From: Bacteriovoracia bacterium
GTDB lineage: Bacteria; Bdellovibrionota; UBA1018; CAIPTA01
Length of the DNA: 64,000 bases
Assembly (NCBI GenBank): GCA_050246755.1
Contig: JBFWVL010000001.1
Location: 288,001-352,000, forward strand
Direction: 5' to 3'
The translations under genes and the position numbers were made by a program. The notes beneath the pieces are model-generated. The model did no database searches and was not told the DNA's origin. It saw only the letters and a program-made list of their open reading frames with translations. The stretch's first letter is position 1, and each line of letters starts with the position of its first letter. Below, in pieces: positions 49,463-59,070 of this stretch.

Positions 49463-50614
49463 TTACATCTGACGAACGGGCTTCCATCCTGGACCGGAGG
49501 GCAAGCCGGGAGCGGCAGGTACCGGAGCGGAGGGAGAATTCGCAGAGGAGCCGGGACGACCACCGCCACCGCGGCGGTCGGGTTGTCCGTCGCCGTCACG
49601 GTCGCGTCCGCCACCGAAGTGGCCGCCGGGCGTGGACGCAGGGGCAGGAGCTACCACTACCGGGGCGGGAGAAGGAGCTACGTAAGGAGCGGGCGCAGCA
49701 GGAGCGGGACGGTTCCAGTTTCCGCGTCCACCGCCGATATTATTTCTGTCGTGACGGCCATCGCCATTGCGGTCGCGGCCGAAGCTAGGCACAGGAGACT
49801 GGTACGAAGGAGCGGAGGGAAAGTTTCGATCGTCGCGATTGAAACGGTTGTGATCGCGTCCGCCACTGCGGCGATCGTCTCTGCCTGGGCAGCTGGGAGT
49901 AGCATCGTAGGGAGAGCAGTCGTCGCTGTAGCTCGGAGAAGGAGTATAAGAAGGAGCGGGTTCTTCTTCCGTGTTACCGGAGGAACTGCCACTGAAAAAG
50001 TTATTGAGGAAACCGCGGAGGCCGGAGTTTTGCTGTTCATGGAGCTCGTCTAAGGCTTTCTGTAACTCAGCCTGATTTTCGATATCCGCGAGATCGAGGA
50101 TTATGACGGAATCGGAGAGTTTTTTGTCTTTGGCGGAGCTTACTTTCAGAGAAAGAGATTCCTTCTTCGCTTCCACGCCGGGAAGCCAGTCCAAACCGCT
50201 GAACATCTCATCGGTGAGGTGAAGAACAACGCCGGTTTTGGTCACTTCGAGGCCGCTGCCTTTGCAGCTGGCCGCGCGAGCGGGATCGCAATCGCGGTCG
50301 GTATTGGTCAAGCGCCATACGAAATCCTGGGGACTGGCTTTTTGCGCCACGAGCTTGCCGTTTTCCTTTACGAAGAGATCAGCGGCGAAAGAGATCTTCT
50401 TACCGGGGTAGCGCTTGATTTCTTTTTTGTGATTGGGATTGGCCACGCCGTCAATCGCGGAGATGCGAAGAATGGGAGTGGCGGGAGCGACAGACTTAGC
50501 GGCTTCCACTGGCTTGGCGGCCGCGGGTTTCGCCGGGGTAACGGGAGTAGCCGCGAAGGCGCTCACGCCCTGGAGTAAACAAACGGTATAGATGATTGGC
50601 TTGGAAAATTTCAC
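49463..50614 (-). CDS. Secreted protein with Pro/Gly/Arg/Asp-rich repetitive C-terminal half
   Basis: GTG start with SD GGAGG, signal peptide, globular region, then PAP repeats and GRDRxGDG repeats. Confidence 0.75.
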   Translation of the reverse strand: MKFSKPIIYTVCLLQGVSAFAATPVTPAKPAAAKPVEAAKSVAPATPILRISAIDGVANPNHKKEIKRYPGKKISFAADLFVKENGKLVAQKASPQDFVWRLTNTDRDCDPARAASCKGSGLEVTKTGVVLHLTDEMFSGLDWLPGVEAKKESLSLKVSSAKDKKLSDSVIILDLADIENQAELQKALDELHEQQNSGLRGFLNNFFSGSSSGNTEEEPAPSYTPSPSYSDDCSPYDATPSCPGRDDRRSGGRDHNRFNRDDRNFPSAPSYQSPVPSFGRDRNGDGRHDRNNIGGGRGNWNRPAPAAPAPYVAPSPAPVVVAPAPASTPGGHFGGGRDRDGDGQPDRRGGGGRPGSSANSPSAPVPAAPGLPSGPGWKPVRQM

Positions 50615-50734
50615 GGAGAACCTCCGCTGCTAAGCAGCTTGAACGTGGAGTCGCAGTCACTAATTGTTGAGCATATTAGTATGTTATTGAGGTGAGATCA
50701 AGAGGAAGCGCGAGCTACTTGTAACTATTTAAAA

Positions 50735-51577
50735 TCAAAAGATAATATTATCAATAAGACGCGTATTACCCAGGAAACCCGCCACGAAAAAGGCCGCAGG
50801 GCGGTCCAATTCACTGAGTTCCCGGAGATTCTCAAGATCGCGGATCTCGGCGTACTGGATTTGAAACTCGGGCACCCGGGCGAGGGTTTCCTTGGCCGCG
50901 TGCACGAGCTTGTCGGGATGCTTCTCCCCTTTTTGCTTCCAGCTCTTCACGGTTTGCAAAGCACGGAAAATCCCGATCGCCTTTTTGCGCTCTTCCGGAG
51001 AAAGATAACGGTTTCGCGAACTCATGGCTAAGCCGTCCGCTTCCCGTACCGTGGGACCAATTTCGATCGTCACAGGTAAATCAAGATCGCTCACCATCTT
51101 CTGGATCACGAGGCACTGCTGCAGGTCTTTTTGTCCGAAATAGGCAACGGTAGGCTCTACGATTTTCAGCAAGCGATAGACCACGGTGGCTACGCCGCGG
51201 AAATGCCCGGGACGAAACTTGCCGCAGAGCACGTCGGTGAGGCCCTGTACTTCGATGAAAGTGCTCCAGCCTTCGGGGTAAATCACTTCCGACGTGGGCG
51301 CAAACACGAAGCCCACGCCCGATTTTTTTGCGAGCTCGAGGTCGGATTCGAAGGTGCGGGGATACTTCGCCAAATCTTCATTCGGGCCGAACTGGGTGGG
51401 ATTCACGAAGATCGAAAGCACGGTATGGGAATTCTCCTGCACGGATTTTTTCAGCAGCGAAGCGTGTCCCTCGTGGAGCGCGCCCATGGTGGGCACGAAA
51501 CCGATTTTCTCCCCGGTGGCCCGTAAGGAAGATAGCGCGGACTTCACTTCTTCGAGGGTGCGGAGAACCTGGGTCAA
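50735..51577 (-). CDS. panC: Pantoate--beta-alanine ligase
   Basis: PTMGALHEGH, FVNPTQF, RPGHF, FGQKD, AMSSRN, RLIDN. Confidence 0.98.
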   Translation of the reverse strand: MTQVLRTLEEVKSALSSLRATGEKIGFVPTMGALHEGHASLLKKSVQENSHTVLSIFVNPTQFGPNEDLAKYPRTFESDLELAKKSGVGFVFAPTSEVIYPEGWSTFIEVQGLTDVLCGKFRPGHFRGVATVVYRLLKIVEPTVAYFGQKDLQQCLVIQKMVSDLDLPVTIEIGPTVREADGLAMSSRNRYLSPEERKKAIGIFRALQTVKSWKQKGEKHPDKLVHAAKETLARVPEFQIQYAEIRDLENLRELSELDRPAAFFVAGFLGNTRLIDNIIF

Positions 51578-52800
51578 AGGTTAACTCCCGAAACCTGGAA
51601 AGCTGTGCGTACAAGGAAATCGGCGATCTCGGATTTTTTTGCCTTGGCGATGCGGTTAGGAGTTTTTCCGCCCTGGAATAAGAAAATCTCGTTATCTTCC
51701 GCATCGAAACCGATGTCTTTGCGGGAAATATTATTGAGGGCGAGGTAATCGAGCTTCTTCTTGAGGATTTTTTCGCGCGCCTTGGCGAATTCAGGCTCGC
51801 CCTCCCCCGCTTCGGCGGCAAACCCAAAGAATACCTGGCCGGCCCGTTTCTCTTTGCCGAGCTCCGCGAGCACGTCCACGGAAGGCTGCATCTCGAGCTT
51901 GAGGTTTCCTTCCCGGCGCAGTTTTCCGTCCACCACTTCGGGCATCTCGAAATCAGCCACGGCCGCCGTGGCGAAAACCGCGTGGGCCTTAGCCATCACC
52001 TTACGGCAAGCCGCGAGCATCTCGGCGCCCGTTTCCACTTCCACCACTTTTCCGCGCGCGAGGCGGGCAAAGCGCTCTTCCACCGGGCCGGTTACCAGCA
52101 CCACGGTTGCGCCCAGCTTCTCGGCGGCTTCGGCGATCGCGTGGCCCATGCGCCCGCTGGAGCGGTTGGTAATAAAGCGCACGCGGTCGATATAGGCGCG
52201 GGTAGGGCCGCTCGTGACCAAAATCGTTTTGCCAAGCAGAGGCTGGGAGGCGCCCAGCAGCTTTTCCGCGGCCGTGAAAATTTCCTGGGGCTCACTCATC
52301 TTCCCGGTGCCCACTTCCCCGCAAGCGAGATCTCCGGCGGCAGGCCCAATAAACTTCACTCCACGTTTTTTCAGCGTGGCTAAATTTTCCTGGGTGGCGG
52401 GTGCATCCCACATTCTCGTATTCATCGCGGGCGCGAGTAGAACCGGCCCCTGGAAAGCGAGCGCTTCGGTGAGGAGGGCGTCGTCCGCAATTCCCTGGGC
52501 GTGCTTCGCCATGAAGTTCGCGGTGGCGGGTGCCACCACCAGGAGTTCGCCCCACTGCGCAAGATCGATATGGGAAGTAGCGCTGAGGTCGCTCACGCCT
52601 TGCTGGAGCGAACGCAAAACGGGCTCACCCGAAAGGGAATGAAACGTAAGCGCCGAAACGAAGCTCTCGGCCGAAGCCGTCATCACCACGCGCACTTCGT
52701 GGCCGGCTTTTTTGAATAAGCGCACGAGCTCGCAGGCTTTGTAGGCCGCGATTCCCCCCGTTACGCCAACGATGATTTTAGATTTTCCGGGCAAGGGCAT
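51574..52800 (-). CDS. coaBC: Phosphopantothenoylcysteine decarboxylase/synthetase
   Basis: GGIAAYK, APATAN, APAMN, LACG, TSGPT, NRSSGRMG, AAVADF, GFAAE. Confidence 0.97.
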   Translation of the reverse strand: MPLPGKSKIIVGVTGGIAAYKACELVRLFKKAGHEVRVVMTASAESFVSALTFHSLSGEPVLRSLQQGVSDLSATSHIDLAQWGELLVVAPATANFMAKHAQGIADDALLTEALAFQGPVLLAPAMNTRMWDAPATQENLATLKKRGVKFIGPAAGDLACGEVGTGKMSEPQEIFTAAEKLLGASQPLLGKTILVTSGPTRAYIDRVRFITNRSSGRMGHAIAEAAEKLGATVVLVTGPVEERFARLARGKVVEVETGAEMLAACRKVMAKAHAVFATAAVADFEMPEVVDGKLRREGNLKLEMQPSVDVLAELGKEKRAGQVFFGFAAEAGEGEPEFAKAREKILKKKLDYLALNNISRKDIGFDAEDNEIFLFQGGKTPNRIAKAKKSEIADFLVRTAFQVSGVNL

Positions 52801-53515
52801 AAAGGCCTTCCAAGGTTAATCGGGGCCGCTGCTGCGTGATCAGGCGCGACCTACCAGTTAAAAATTTCGCGTTGCCCCCGGTGGCAATCACCGCCGCCAG
52901 AGAAGGCAACCTACGCTCTTCCACCATCCGCATCACCATGCCGTCTGCCTGGGCGGCAAACCCGTGGAGTACCCCGCTGCGGATGGCAGTTTCTGTGTTG
53001 TAGCCTACCACGGGAGAAAACTTATCGAGCTCAATCTTGTTTAGCTGAGCGGCATTATTAAGTAAGGCCTCATAGGAAATGGCCATTCCGGGGGCAATGG
53101 CGCCGCCCGGAAAGGAACGCTTCTCAACGCCCTCCAGCAAATCGAATTTCGTGGCCGTGCCGGCATCGATCACGAGCACCGCACCGGGAATATCGGATAC
53201 GGCCTCGAGGTTGGCGAGGCGATCGATGCCCACTTTCTCGGGGCTTTCCACCTCGATGGAAAAACTCCAGGGCGAAGCGTGGGAGGCGAAGTGGACGCTG
53301 GAAGCGCGCGCGGAGAAAAAAGCCTCCCAGGCCGCATTATGCGCGGGAACCACCGAGCCGATCACGGCCTTGGAAATTTTCTCTTCAAAGATGCCGGCGG
53401 CAGCGCCGGAGAAATCGTCGGCCGTGGAGAGCGTGCGCTCCGCCTTCAGCATTCCCTCATCGCCGTAGAGGGCGAGCTTGGTGCGGGTATTGCCGATGTC
53501 CACGATGGCGATCAC
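52778..53515 (-). CDS. coaX: Type III pantothenate kinase
   Basis: DIGNT, GIDR, IDAGTAT, GGAIAPG, ATGG. Confidence 0.95.
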   Translation of the reverse strand: MIAIVDIGNTRTKLALYGDEGMLKAERTLSTADDFSGAAAGIFEEKISKAVIGSVVPAHNAAWEAFFSARASSVHFASHASPWSFSIEVESPEKVGIDRLANLEAVSDIPGAVLVIDAGTATKFDLLEGVEKRSFPGGAIAPGMAISYEALLNNAAQLNKIELDKFSPVVGYNTETAIRSGVLHGFAAQADGMVMRMVEERRLPSLAAVIATGGNAKFLTGRSRLITQQRPRLTLEGLYALARKI

Positions 53516-54327
53516 TGCGAGAGCTCCGCTCCAGGGGAAGAAACCGTTTTGGTCTCGCGCACGAAATCCTCGGCGGCTTCCTTCACCAGGGCCTTCAGAT
53601 CGAGGCGGGGCTTGGCGAACTTGGGGGCTTTACCCGGGCTGAATCCCAACACATCGTTGATCACGAGCACTTCTCCGTCGCAAACTTTACCGGAGCCGAT
53701 GCCGATCGTGAGGCAGGAAACGGATTCGGTGATCACCCGCGCGAGCTGCTCGGTGATGCACTCGAGCACGATCGCAAAACATCCGGCGGCCTCGAGGGCT
53801 TTGGCTTCGCGCACGAGGCGCTCGGCGTCGGATTCGGTTTTGCCGTGAGTATAGTAGCCGCCCATCTGGTGCACAGATTGGGGCGTGAGGCCGATATGCC
53901 CCATCACCGGAATGCCCGCGTTCACGAGGCGGCGGATGGTTTCGCAAACTTCGGGGTAAGCGCCCTCGAGCTTCACGCCCTGGGCGCCGGCTTCGGCCAG
54001 GCAGCGCCCGGCGTTGCGGAGGGCTTCGTCGCCGTTCACTTGGTAGGTCATGAAGGGCAGATCTGCGATCACGAAGGCTTTCTTCGAGCCGCGCACCACG
54101 GCGCCGGTATGGGCGAGCATCATGTCCATCGTTACGGGCAAGGTGCTCTCATAGCCGTAGACTACGTTGCCGAAGGAATCTCCCACGAGCAGGATCTCCA
54201 CGCCGGCCTCATCGAGGCACTGGGCGGTGACTACGTCGTAGGCCGTGAGCATGGCCACGCGCTCTTTATTTTTTTTCGCGCCGAGGGTGCGCAGGGTATG
54301 GCGGCGGATTTCGGTTTGTACGCTCAT
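53512..54327 (-). CDS. panB: 3-methyl-2-oxobutanoate hydroxymethyltransferase
   Basis: MLTAYD, LVGDS, VKLEG, GHIGLTPQ, IGIG. Confidence 0.98.
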   Translation of the reverse strand: MSVQTEIRRHTLRTLGAKKNKERVAMLTAYDVVTAQCLDEAGVEILLVGDSFGNVVYGYESTLPVTMDMMLAHTGAVVRGSKKAFVIADLPFMTYQVNGDEALRNAGRCLAEAGAQGVKLEGAYPEVCETIRRLVNAGIPVMGHIGLTPQSVHQMGGYYTHGKTESDAERLVREAKALEAAGCFAIVLECITEQLARVITESVSCLTIGIGSGKVCDGEVLVINDVLGFSPGKAPKFAKPRLDLKALVKEAAEDFVRETKTVSSPGAELSQ

Positions 54328-55211
54328 GGCTGCACCTCGGAGAGAGATTGCACGAGATCGCGCTTGGCGATATGCGCGCCCAGGCGCTCGGCGAAACCGC
54401 CGTTCTCGATCTCACGCCATAGCGCTTCGGTGCGCACTTCGAGCTCGGCGGTGGGAAGGATCACTTCAGCGGCCTGCTGGCCTCCGTAGTAGGCGGCGGA
54501 GGAAACTTTCTTCAGCATTCCTTCCACGCCGTGCTCCACCATCATATCGGTGATTAGCTTCAGCTCGTTCAGGCATTCGTAGGTGGCCAACTCTTTATTG
54601 ATGCCTTTGCCCACCAGGAAATCGATGGTTTGCGTCACGAGCTTGGGCACCGCTCCGCAAAGGATCACTTGTTCGCTCAGTAAATCCGTTTTCGCTTCTT
54701 CCCCGAAGGTGGAGCGAATGAGCCCGATGCGGGAGAGGCCGAGCCCGTCGGCCACGTCTTTGGCGATTTCCCAGGCCTTGCCCGAGCCGTCTTGCTCCAC
54801 TCCAAGCACGCCCATCACCCCGGAACCAGCCACATACGTTTCCCGTAATTTTTGACCAATCCCCTTGGGAGCCACGAGCACGAGATCGTCGGAAGCGCTC
54901 ACCGGCAGCTTGCCAAAAGTAACGGCGAATCCATGAGCAAAGAGAAATTGTCTTCCACTCCCCCCCTCTAAATAACGGCGAAAAAAGCTGGGAATGGCTT
55001 CATCGGGGGTTAGGAGCGCAATTGGCCCCGAAATAGAACGTAGGTCTTCAGCGGAAACTACGTTGAATCCGTCTAACTTTGCTTGAGCGATTCCCTTACC
55101 TTCCAGCCTGCCGGAAACCACTACGTTCCACCCAGAATCCCGCAGGTTAGCCGCCCAGGCTCTGCCTTGATTTCCGTATCCCACTAGAGTAATTTGACGC
55201 TTGTTGGCCAT
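54324..55211 (-). CDS. Divergent ketol-acid reductoisomerase (IlvC)-like protein; probable ketopantoate reductase
   Basis: GYGNQG, NLRDSG, PDE, FAHGF, APKG, TDLLSEQ, ECLNELKLI; first gene of the pan/coa operon. Confidence 0.82.
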   Translation of the reverse strand: MANKRQITLVGYGNQGRAWAANLRDSGWNVVVSGRLEGKGIAQAKLDGFNVVSAEDLRSISGPIALLTPDEAIPSFFRRYLEGGSGRQFLFAHGFAVTFGKLPVSASDDLVLVAPKGIGQKLRETYVAGSGVMGVLGVEQDGSGKAWEIAKDVADGLGLSRIGLIRSTFGEEAKTDLLSEQVILCGAVPKLVTQTIDFLVGKGINKELATYECLNELKLITDMMVEHGVEGMLKKVSSAAYYGGQQAAEVILPTAELEVRTEALWREIENGGFAERLGAHIAKRDLVQSLSEVQP

Positions 55212-55253
55212 AAATAGAGCTCCGCGTAAGGACTGCTTGTACCAGGGAAAGTT

Positions 55254-55661
55254 ATGCTCCTCAACTTACTCAAAGCCAAGATCCATCGTGCCCAAATAAC
55301 CGAGGCTAACCTCGCTTATGAGGGTAGCATCACCATCGATAAAACGATCATGGAAGCGGCCGGCATTTATGCCCATGAGCAGGTGCATATCGTGGACGTG
55401 GACAACGGATCCCGCTTCGTGACTTACGTGATCGAAGGCACCCCTGGCTCGGGCGTAATGTGCGTAAACGGTGCCGCGGCCCGTTTGGTGAGCCCTGGCG
55501 ACAAAATCATCATCATTTCCTACGCCCAATTCACCAAAGAAGAGGCCCGCGAGCATCGCCCCCGGGTAGTTCTCATGGGCGAGAAAAACTCGGTAAAAGA
55601 CGCCTACGACCTCCGCCCCGGCGTTCCCATCGATCCAGGACAGCCCCTGTCCCGTGTCTAA
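55254..55661 (+). CDS. panD: Aspartate 1-decarboxylase
   Basis: KIHRA, YEGSITID, NGSRFVTY, NGAAAR. Confidence 0.97.
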   Translation: MLLNLLKAKIHRAQITEANLAYEGSITIDKTIMEAAGIYAHEQVHIVDVDNGSRFVTYVIEGTPGSGVMCVNGAAARLVSPGDKIIIISYAQFTKEEAREHRPRVVLMGEKNSVKDAYDLRPGVPIDPGQPLSRV

Positions 55662-57195
55662 ACCAATCCTTCCCTGGAATACGCTCCAGCTCGACGGGGA
55701 GCTTTCCCTCTTGGAGCAGGACCGCATATCCCATTCCGAAGACGCCTCCGTGCACCGCCTCGTGCCTGCCGCGGTAGCCTACCCCCGTACGAAACGAGAT
55801 CTCGAGCGTATCCTCGCCTTCTGCCGCCTCCATTCTCTCCCCCTCCACGGCTGGGGTGCCGGAACCAGCCGTGGAGGCCAGCCCCTGGGAAACGGCCTCA
55901 CGGTGGATTTCCGCAAATATTTCCACCATATCCTCGGCTTCGACGAAGCCTCGCAGGAGCTCACGGTGGAAAGCGGCGCCCTCTATTCCGAAGTGCAAAA
56001 ATACCTGCGCGCCCGCGGCCGGTCTTTCCCGCCCGATCCCTCCTACCACCAGTGCACGATCGGCGGCATGGTGGCCAATAATGCCGCCGGCATTCACTCC
56101 GTAAAATACGGCGGCACCGCCTCCTATATCGCGGCGATGGAATTTCTCACCAGCGACGGCGCCTGGCACCAAAGCGACCAGCCCGATGCGCTCACGGAAA
56201 AAGTGCAGGTTTTTCTCAAGAAAAATTCTTTTTCGGATTATCCGGCCGTGGAAAAAAATTCCGCGGGCTATGCCCTGAACCGCGGCCTCTCGGCGCAAGG
56301 CTACCTTGATCTAGCCCAGCTTCTCACCGGCAGCGAGGGGACGCTTGGCCTCTTTACGGAAATCCGCCTGCGCACGGTACCGCTCCCGACCGCCTCCTCC
56401 TTGGGCATCCTCTATTTTGAAAGCCTGGAATCCGCGTGCCGGGCCGCTATGGATCTACGAAGTTATGAAATTTCGGCCTGTGAGCTCGTGGATAAAGTGC
56501 TTTTGGACCTGCACGCGGCCGCCACTTCGGAACCAAAGCACGCGAAGAAAATTTCCGGAAATACCTTCCTCGATCTGTTCTACGAGAAAAAAGCGGAAGC
56601 GATTCTGGTGGTGGAAATAGAGGGAGGCTCTACTTCCGCAGCGGAAAAAACACTGCGTCAAGCGCTGGGTTCCGTGACTTCCCTCGATTCCCGCATCGCC
56701 CAGTCCCCCAAAGAATCCGCCCTGATCTGGGACCTGCGCCGCCATACCTCCCCCATTTTGAACCGCCTCGAAAATGGAAAGATCACCATCAAGCCTCTTT
56801 GGGCGGTAGAAGACGTTTCCTTGCCCAAGGAAAACTTCCTCCCTTACCTCACCGCGCAAAAGGCCCTCTTCACCAAACATGGCCTAACCTGCTCCTTCTT
56901 CGGCCACGCCGCGAGCTGCAATCTGCATATCGATCCCATTGGGATCGATCCGCGTTTGGCACTCCAAAACGAAGAACTGGCGGCGCTATTTGATTTGGTG
57001 GCAGAGGAAAGCTACGAGCTCGTGGTGCGCTTCGGGGGCAGCATCAGCGGTGAGCACGGCGATGGTATTGCCCGCACCCCTTTCCTCAAACTCCAGTATC
57101 CAAGCAGCCACCGCTTATTCGGCCCCTTCAAGGCGCTCTTCGATCCATCTGGTATACTGAATCCAGGCAAGATCGTGGAGGTTCCGCATGCATGA
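55654..57195 (+). CDS. FAD-linked oxidase (GlcD/D-lactate dehydrogenase family), no Fe-S domain
   Basis: GAGTS, CTIGGM, GSEGTLG, ED, GHA, SGEHGDG, LNPGK. Confidence 0.88.
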   Translation: MSKPILPWNTLQLDGELSLLEQDRISHSEDASVHRLVPAAVAYPRTKRDLERILAFCRLHSLPLHGWGAGTSRGGQPLGNGLTVDFRKYFHHILGFDEASQELTVESGALYSEVQKYLRARGRSFPPDPSYHQCTIGGMVANNAAGIHSVKYGGTASYIAAMEFLTSDGAWHQSDQPDALTEKVQVFLKKNSFSDYPAVEKNSAGYALNRGLSAQGYLDLAQLLTGSEGTLGLFTEIRLRTVPLPTASSLGILYFESLESACRAAMDLRSYEISACELVDKVLLDLHAAATSEPKHAKKISGNTFLDLFYEKKAEAILVVEIEGGSTSAAEKTLRQALGSVTSLDSRIAQSPKESALIWDLRRHTSPILNRLENGKITIKPLWAVEDVSLPKENFLPYLTAQKALFTKHGLTCSFFGHAASCNLHIDPIGIDPRLALQNEELAALFDLVAEESYELVVRFGGSISGEHGDGIARTPFLKLQYPSSHRLFGPFKALFDPSGILNPGKIVEVPHA

Positions 57196-58261
57196 GTATT
57201 TTCCCTACGTGGCACTCGCCGTGATCGTGGGCACTCTCTGGGCATTCCGCCGTGGAAACGGCGTGCAGGCCGAGCTCCATCACCTGCGCGAAGAAGTGAG
57301 CCGCGCCCTCGCCGAGAATTCCCGGCAGAACCTCGAGCAGGTGGCCCTGCTCGCCACTCAGCTCAACGATCGAATGAAGGAAGCCAACGCTACCTTGCAG
57401 CATACCCAGAGCAACGTGGGCCATCGCCTCGATACCACCGCCCAGGTAGTGGGCCAGCTCCACCAGAAGCTCGGGCAACTCGAGGAGTCTTCCAAACAGA
57501 TTTTTCAGCTCGGCCAGGGCCTCCAGGACCTCAAAGATATTTTAAAAAACCCCAAGCTCCGCGGGAATATGGGCGAGTTCTTCCTCGAAGATTTGCTGCG
57601 TCAGATCCTCCCGCCCGACCACTATAAAATCCAGCATGCCTTCCGCAGCGGGGAGATCGTGGATGCCACCATTCGCCTGGGAGAAGCTTTTCTCTCCGTG
57701 GATTCCAAATTTCCCCTCGAAAGCTTCGTGCGCCTGGTGCAACTCCCCGACGGCGACGAAAATAAAAAACGCGAGCGCAAGGCCTTCGTGACCGCCATCA
57801 AGCGCCACGCCGACGCGATCGCCAAAAAATACATCCTGCCCGACGAGGGCACCTTCGATTTTGCCTTGATGTATATCCCGGCCGAAAATGTTTATTACGA
57901 AACCATCATCCGCGAGGAGCTGCTCGACGACGAAGGCTCGCTCTATTCTTATTTGCTCGGAAAAAAAGTGGTGCCGGTATCGCCCAATTCTCTCTACGCT
58001 TATTTACAAGTGATCGTGCTTGGGCTGCGCGGCCTGAAAGTGCAGGAACATGCCCAGCAAATGATGCTTGATCTGCAGCGCATCGAGGGAGACCTCGGAC
58101 GTTTCCGCGAAGATTACTCGGTGCTCGGCAAACATCTCAAAAATGCTGGGGGCACCTACGACGAAGGCGCCAAACGCCTGGACCGTTTTCAGGGAAAACT
58201 CGGCATGCTCACCGAAGTGGGCGGAGTTCCCAAAAAGGAGGAAATTCATGGATCTCTATAG
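57188..58261 (+). CDS. rmuC: DNA recombination protein RmuC
   Basis: N-terminal TM and coiled coil; KLRGNMGE, VDSKFP, DFALMYIPAE, VSP. Confidence 0.93.
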   Translation: MHEYFPYVALAVIVGTLWAFRRGNGVQAELHHLREEVSRALAENSRQNLEQVALLATQLNDRMKEANATLQHTQSNVGHRLDTTAQVVGQLHQKLGQLEESSKQIFQLGQGLQDLKDILKNPKLRGNMGEFFLEDLLRQILPPDHYKIQHAFRSGEIVDATIRLGEAFLSVDSKFPLESFVRLVQLPDGDENKKRERKAFVTAIKRHADAIAKKYILPDEGTFDFALMYIPAENVYYETIIREELLDDEGSLYSYLLGKKVVPVSPNSLYAYLQVIVLGLRGLKVQEHAQQMMLDLQRIEGDLGRFREDYSVLGKHLKNAGGTYDEGAKRLDRFQGKLGMLTEVGGVPKKEEIHGSL

Positions 58262-58649
58262 CCGCAACTGGTTCCGCGCCCTCTCCTGGCTCTTGGTGCT
58301 CGCCTATATGGGTCTCATCTTCTGGCTGAGCTCGCTCACGGTTCTTCCCGTGGCCATGCGTTTTCCCTACGAGGATAAATTCATCCACGCCGCCGCCTAC
58401 GCGGTAATGGGTTTTCTCGCGGCCAACGCGTTCAGCGAGGGCCCGCATAAAAAGCGTTTCTGGCTGGCCTTCATGGTGGCGTCTCTGTACGGAATCAGCG
58501 ATGAGATCCACCAGGCCTTCGTTCCCGGCCGCGACGCTTCCGTGTGGGACTGGTGCGCCGATACCACCGGCGCCTGGATGGGGGCCTACCTCTATTTAAA
58601 GAGCGAACCGGTATGGCGCAAAAGCAAGCGAAACCCGCTACCGCGTTAG
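58248..58649 (+). CDS. VanZ family membrane protein
   Basis: DKFIHAAAY, SDEIHQAFVPGR, DWCAD..G. Confidence 0.9.
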   Translation: MDLYSRNWFRALSWLLVLAYMGLIFWLSSLTVLPVAMRFPYEDKFIHAAAYAVMGFLAANAFSEGPHKKRFWLAFMVASLYGISDEIHQAFVPGRDASVWDWCADTTGAWMGAYLYLKSEPVWRKSKRNPLPR

Positions 58650-58681
58650 GCGCGCTAATCCTGCCAATATCTCAAATTCAT

Positions 58682-58708
58682 TAAGCTTCTTTAGCTTTTC
58701 ACCGAAGA
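58682..58708 (+). promoter_or_regulatory. Putative sigma28 (FliA-type) promoter
   Basis: TAAG-N15-ACCGAAGA upstream of the SD and ATG 58728. Confidence 0.45.
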
Positions 58709-58727
58709 GAAAGCTGGAGGATTTTCC

Positions 58728-59069
58728 ATGCGTGCTCTCATCCTATTTTTGTTTTTGGTGATCGCCCTGCCGCTTCACGCGGAAGCCAAAACCGAAAAGA
58801 AAATCAATCTCAAGCCTCAGCACGGTAAATCGGAAGATCCCGGATCCGCCACTCACCTGATCTACGAAAGCCCGAAGAATTCCGAAAAAGCCTCCGAAGT
58901 GGACGGAAAAGGAAAAATCGTGGCCGGCCAAAACTGCACGGACCAGCTCGGGATGATTTATAAAAAAGGCGATAACGGCTACGAAGGCTGCCTCCGCACC
59001 ATGGACGCCGCGAGACCAGAATCCAGCGATCAGCGCCGCAAGAGCGTGGGCATCACCATCGGAAGATAA
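58728..59069 (+). CDS. Small secreted hypothetical protein
   Basis: Signal peptide, SD GGAGG, one Cys pair; stop is 1 nt from the next start. Confidence 0.7.
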   Translation: MRALILFLFLVIALPLHAEAKTEKKINLKPQHGKSEDPGSATHLIYESPKNSEKASEVDGKGKIVAGQNCTDQLGMIYKKGDNGYEGCLRTMDAARPESSDQRRKSVGITIGR

Positions 59070-59070
59070 A

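Noticed and set aside
58248-58649. vanZ as a glycopeptide resistance locus
   Set aside because: Stand-alone VanZ-family genes are widespread and no other van genes are present
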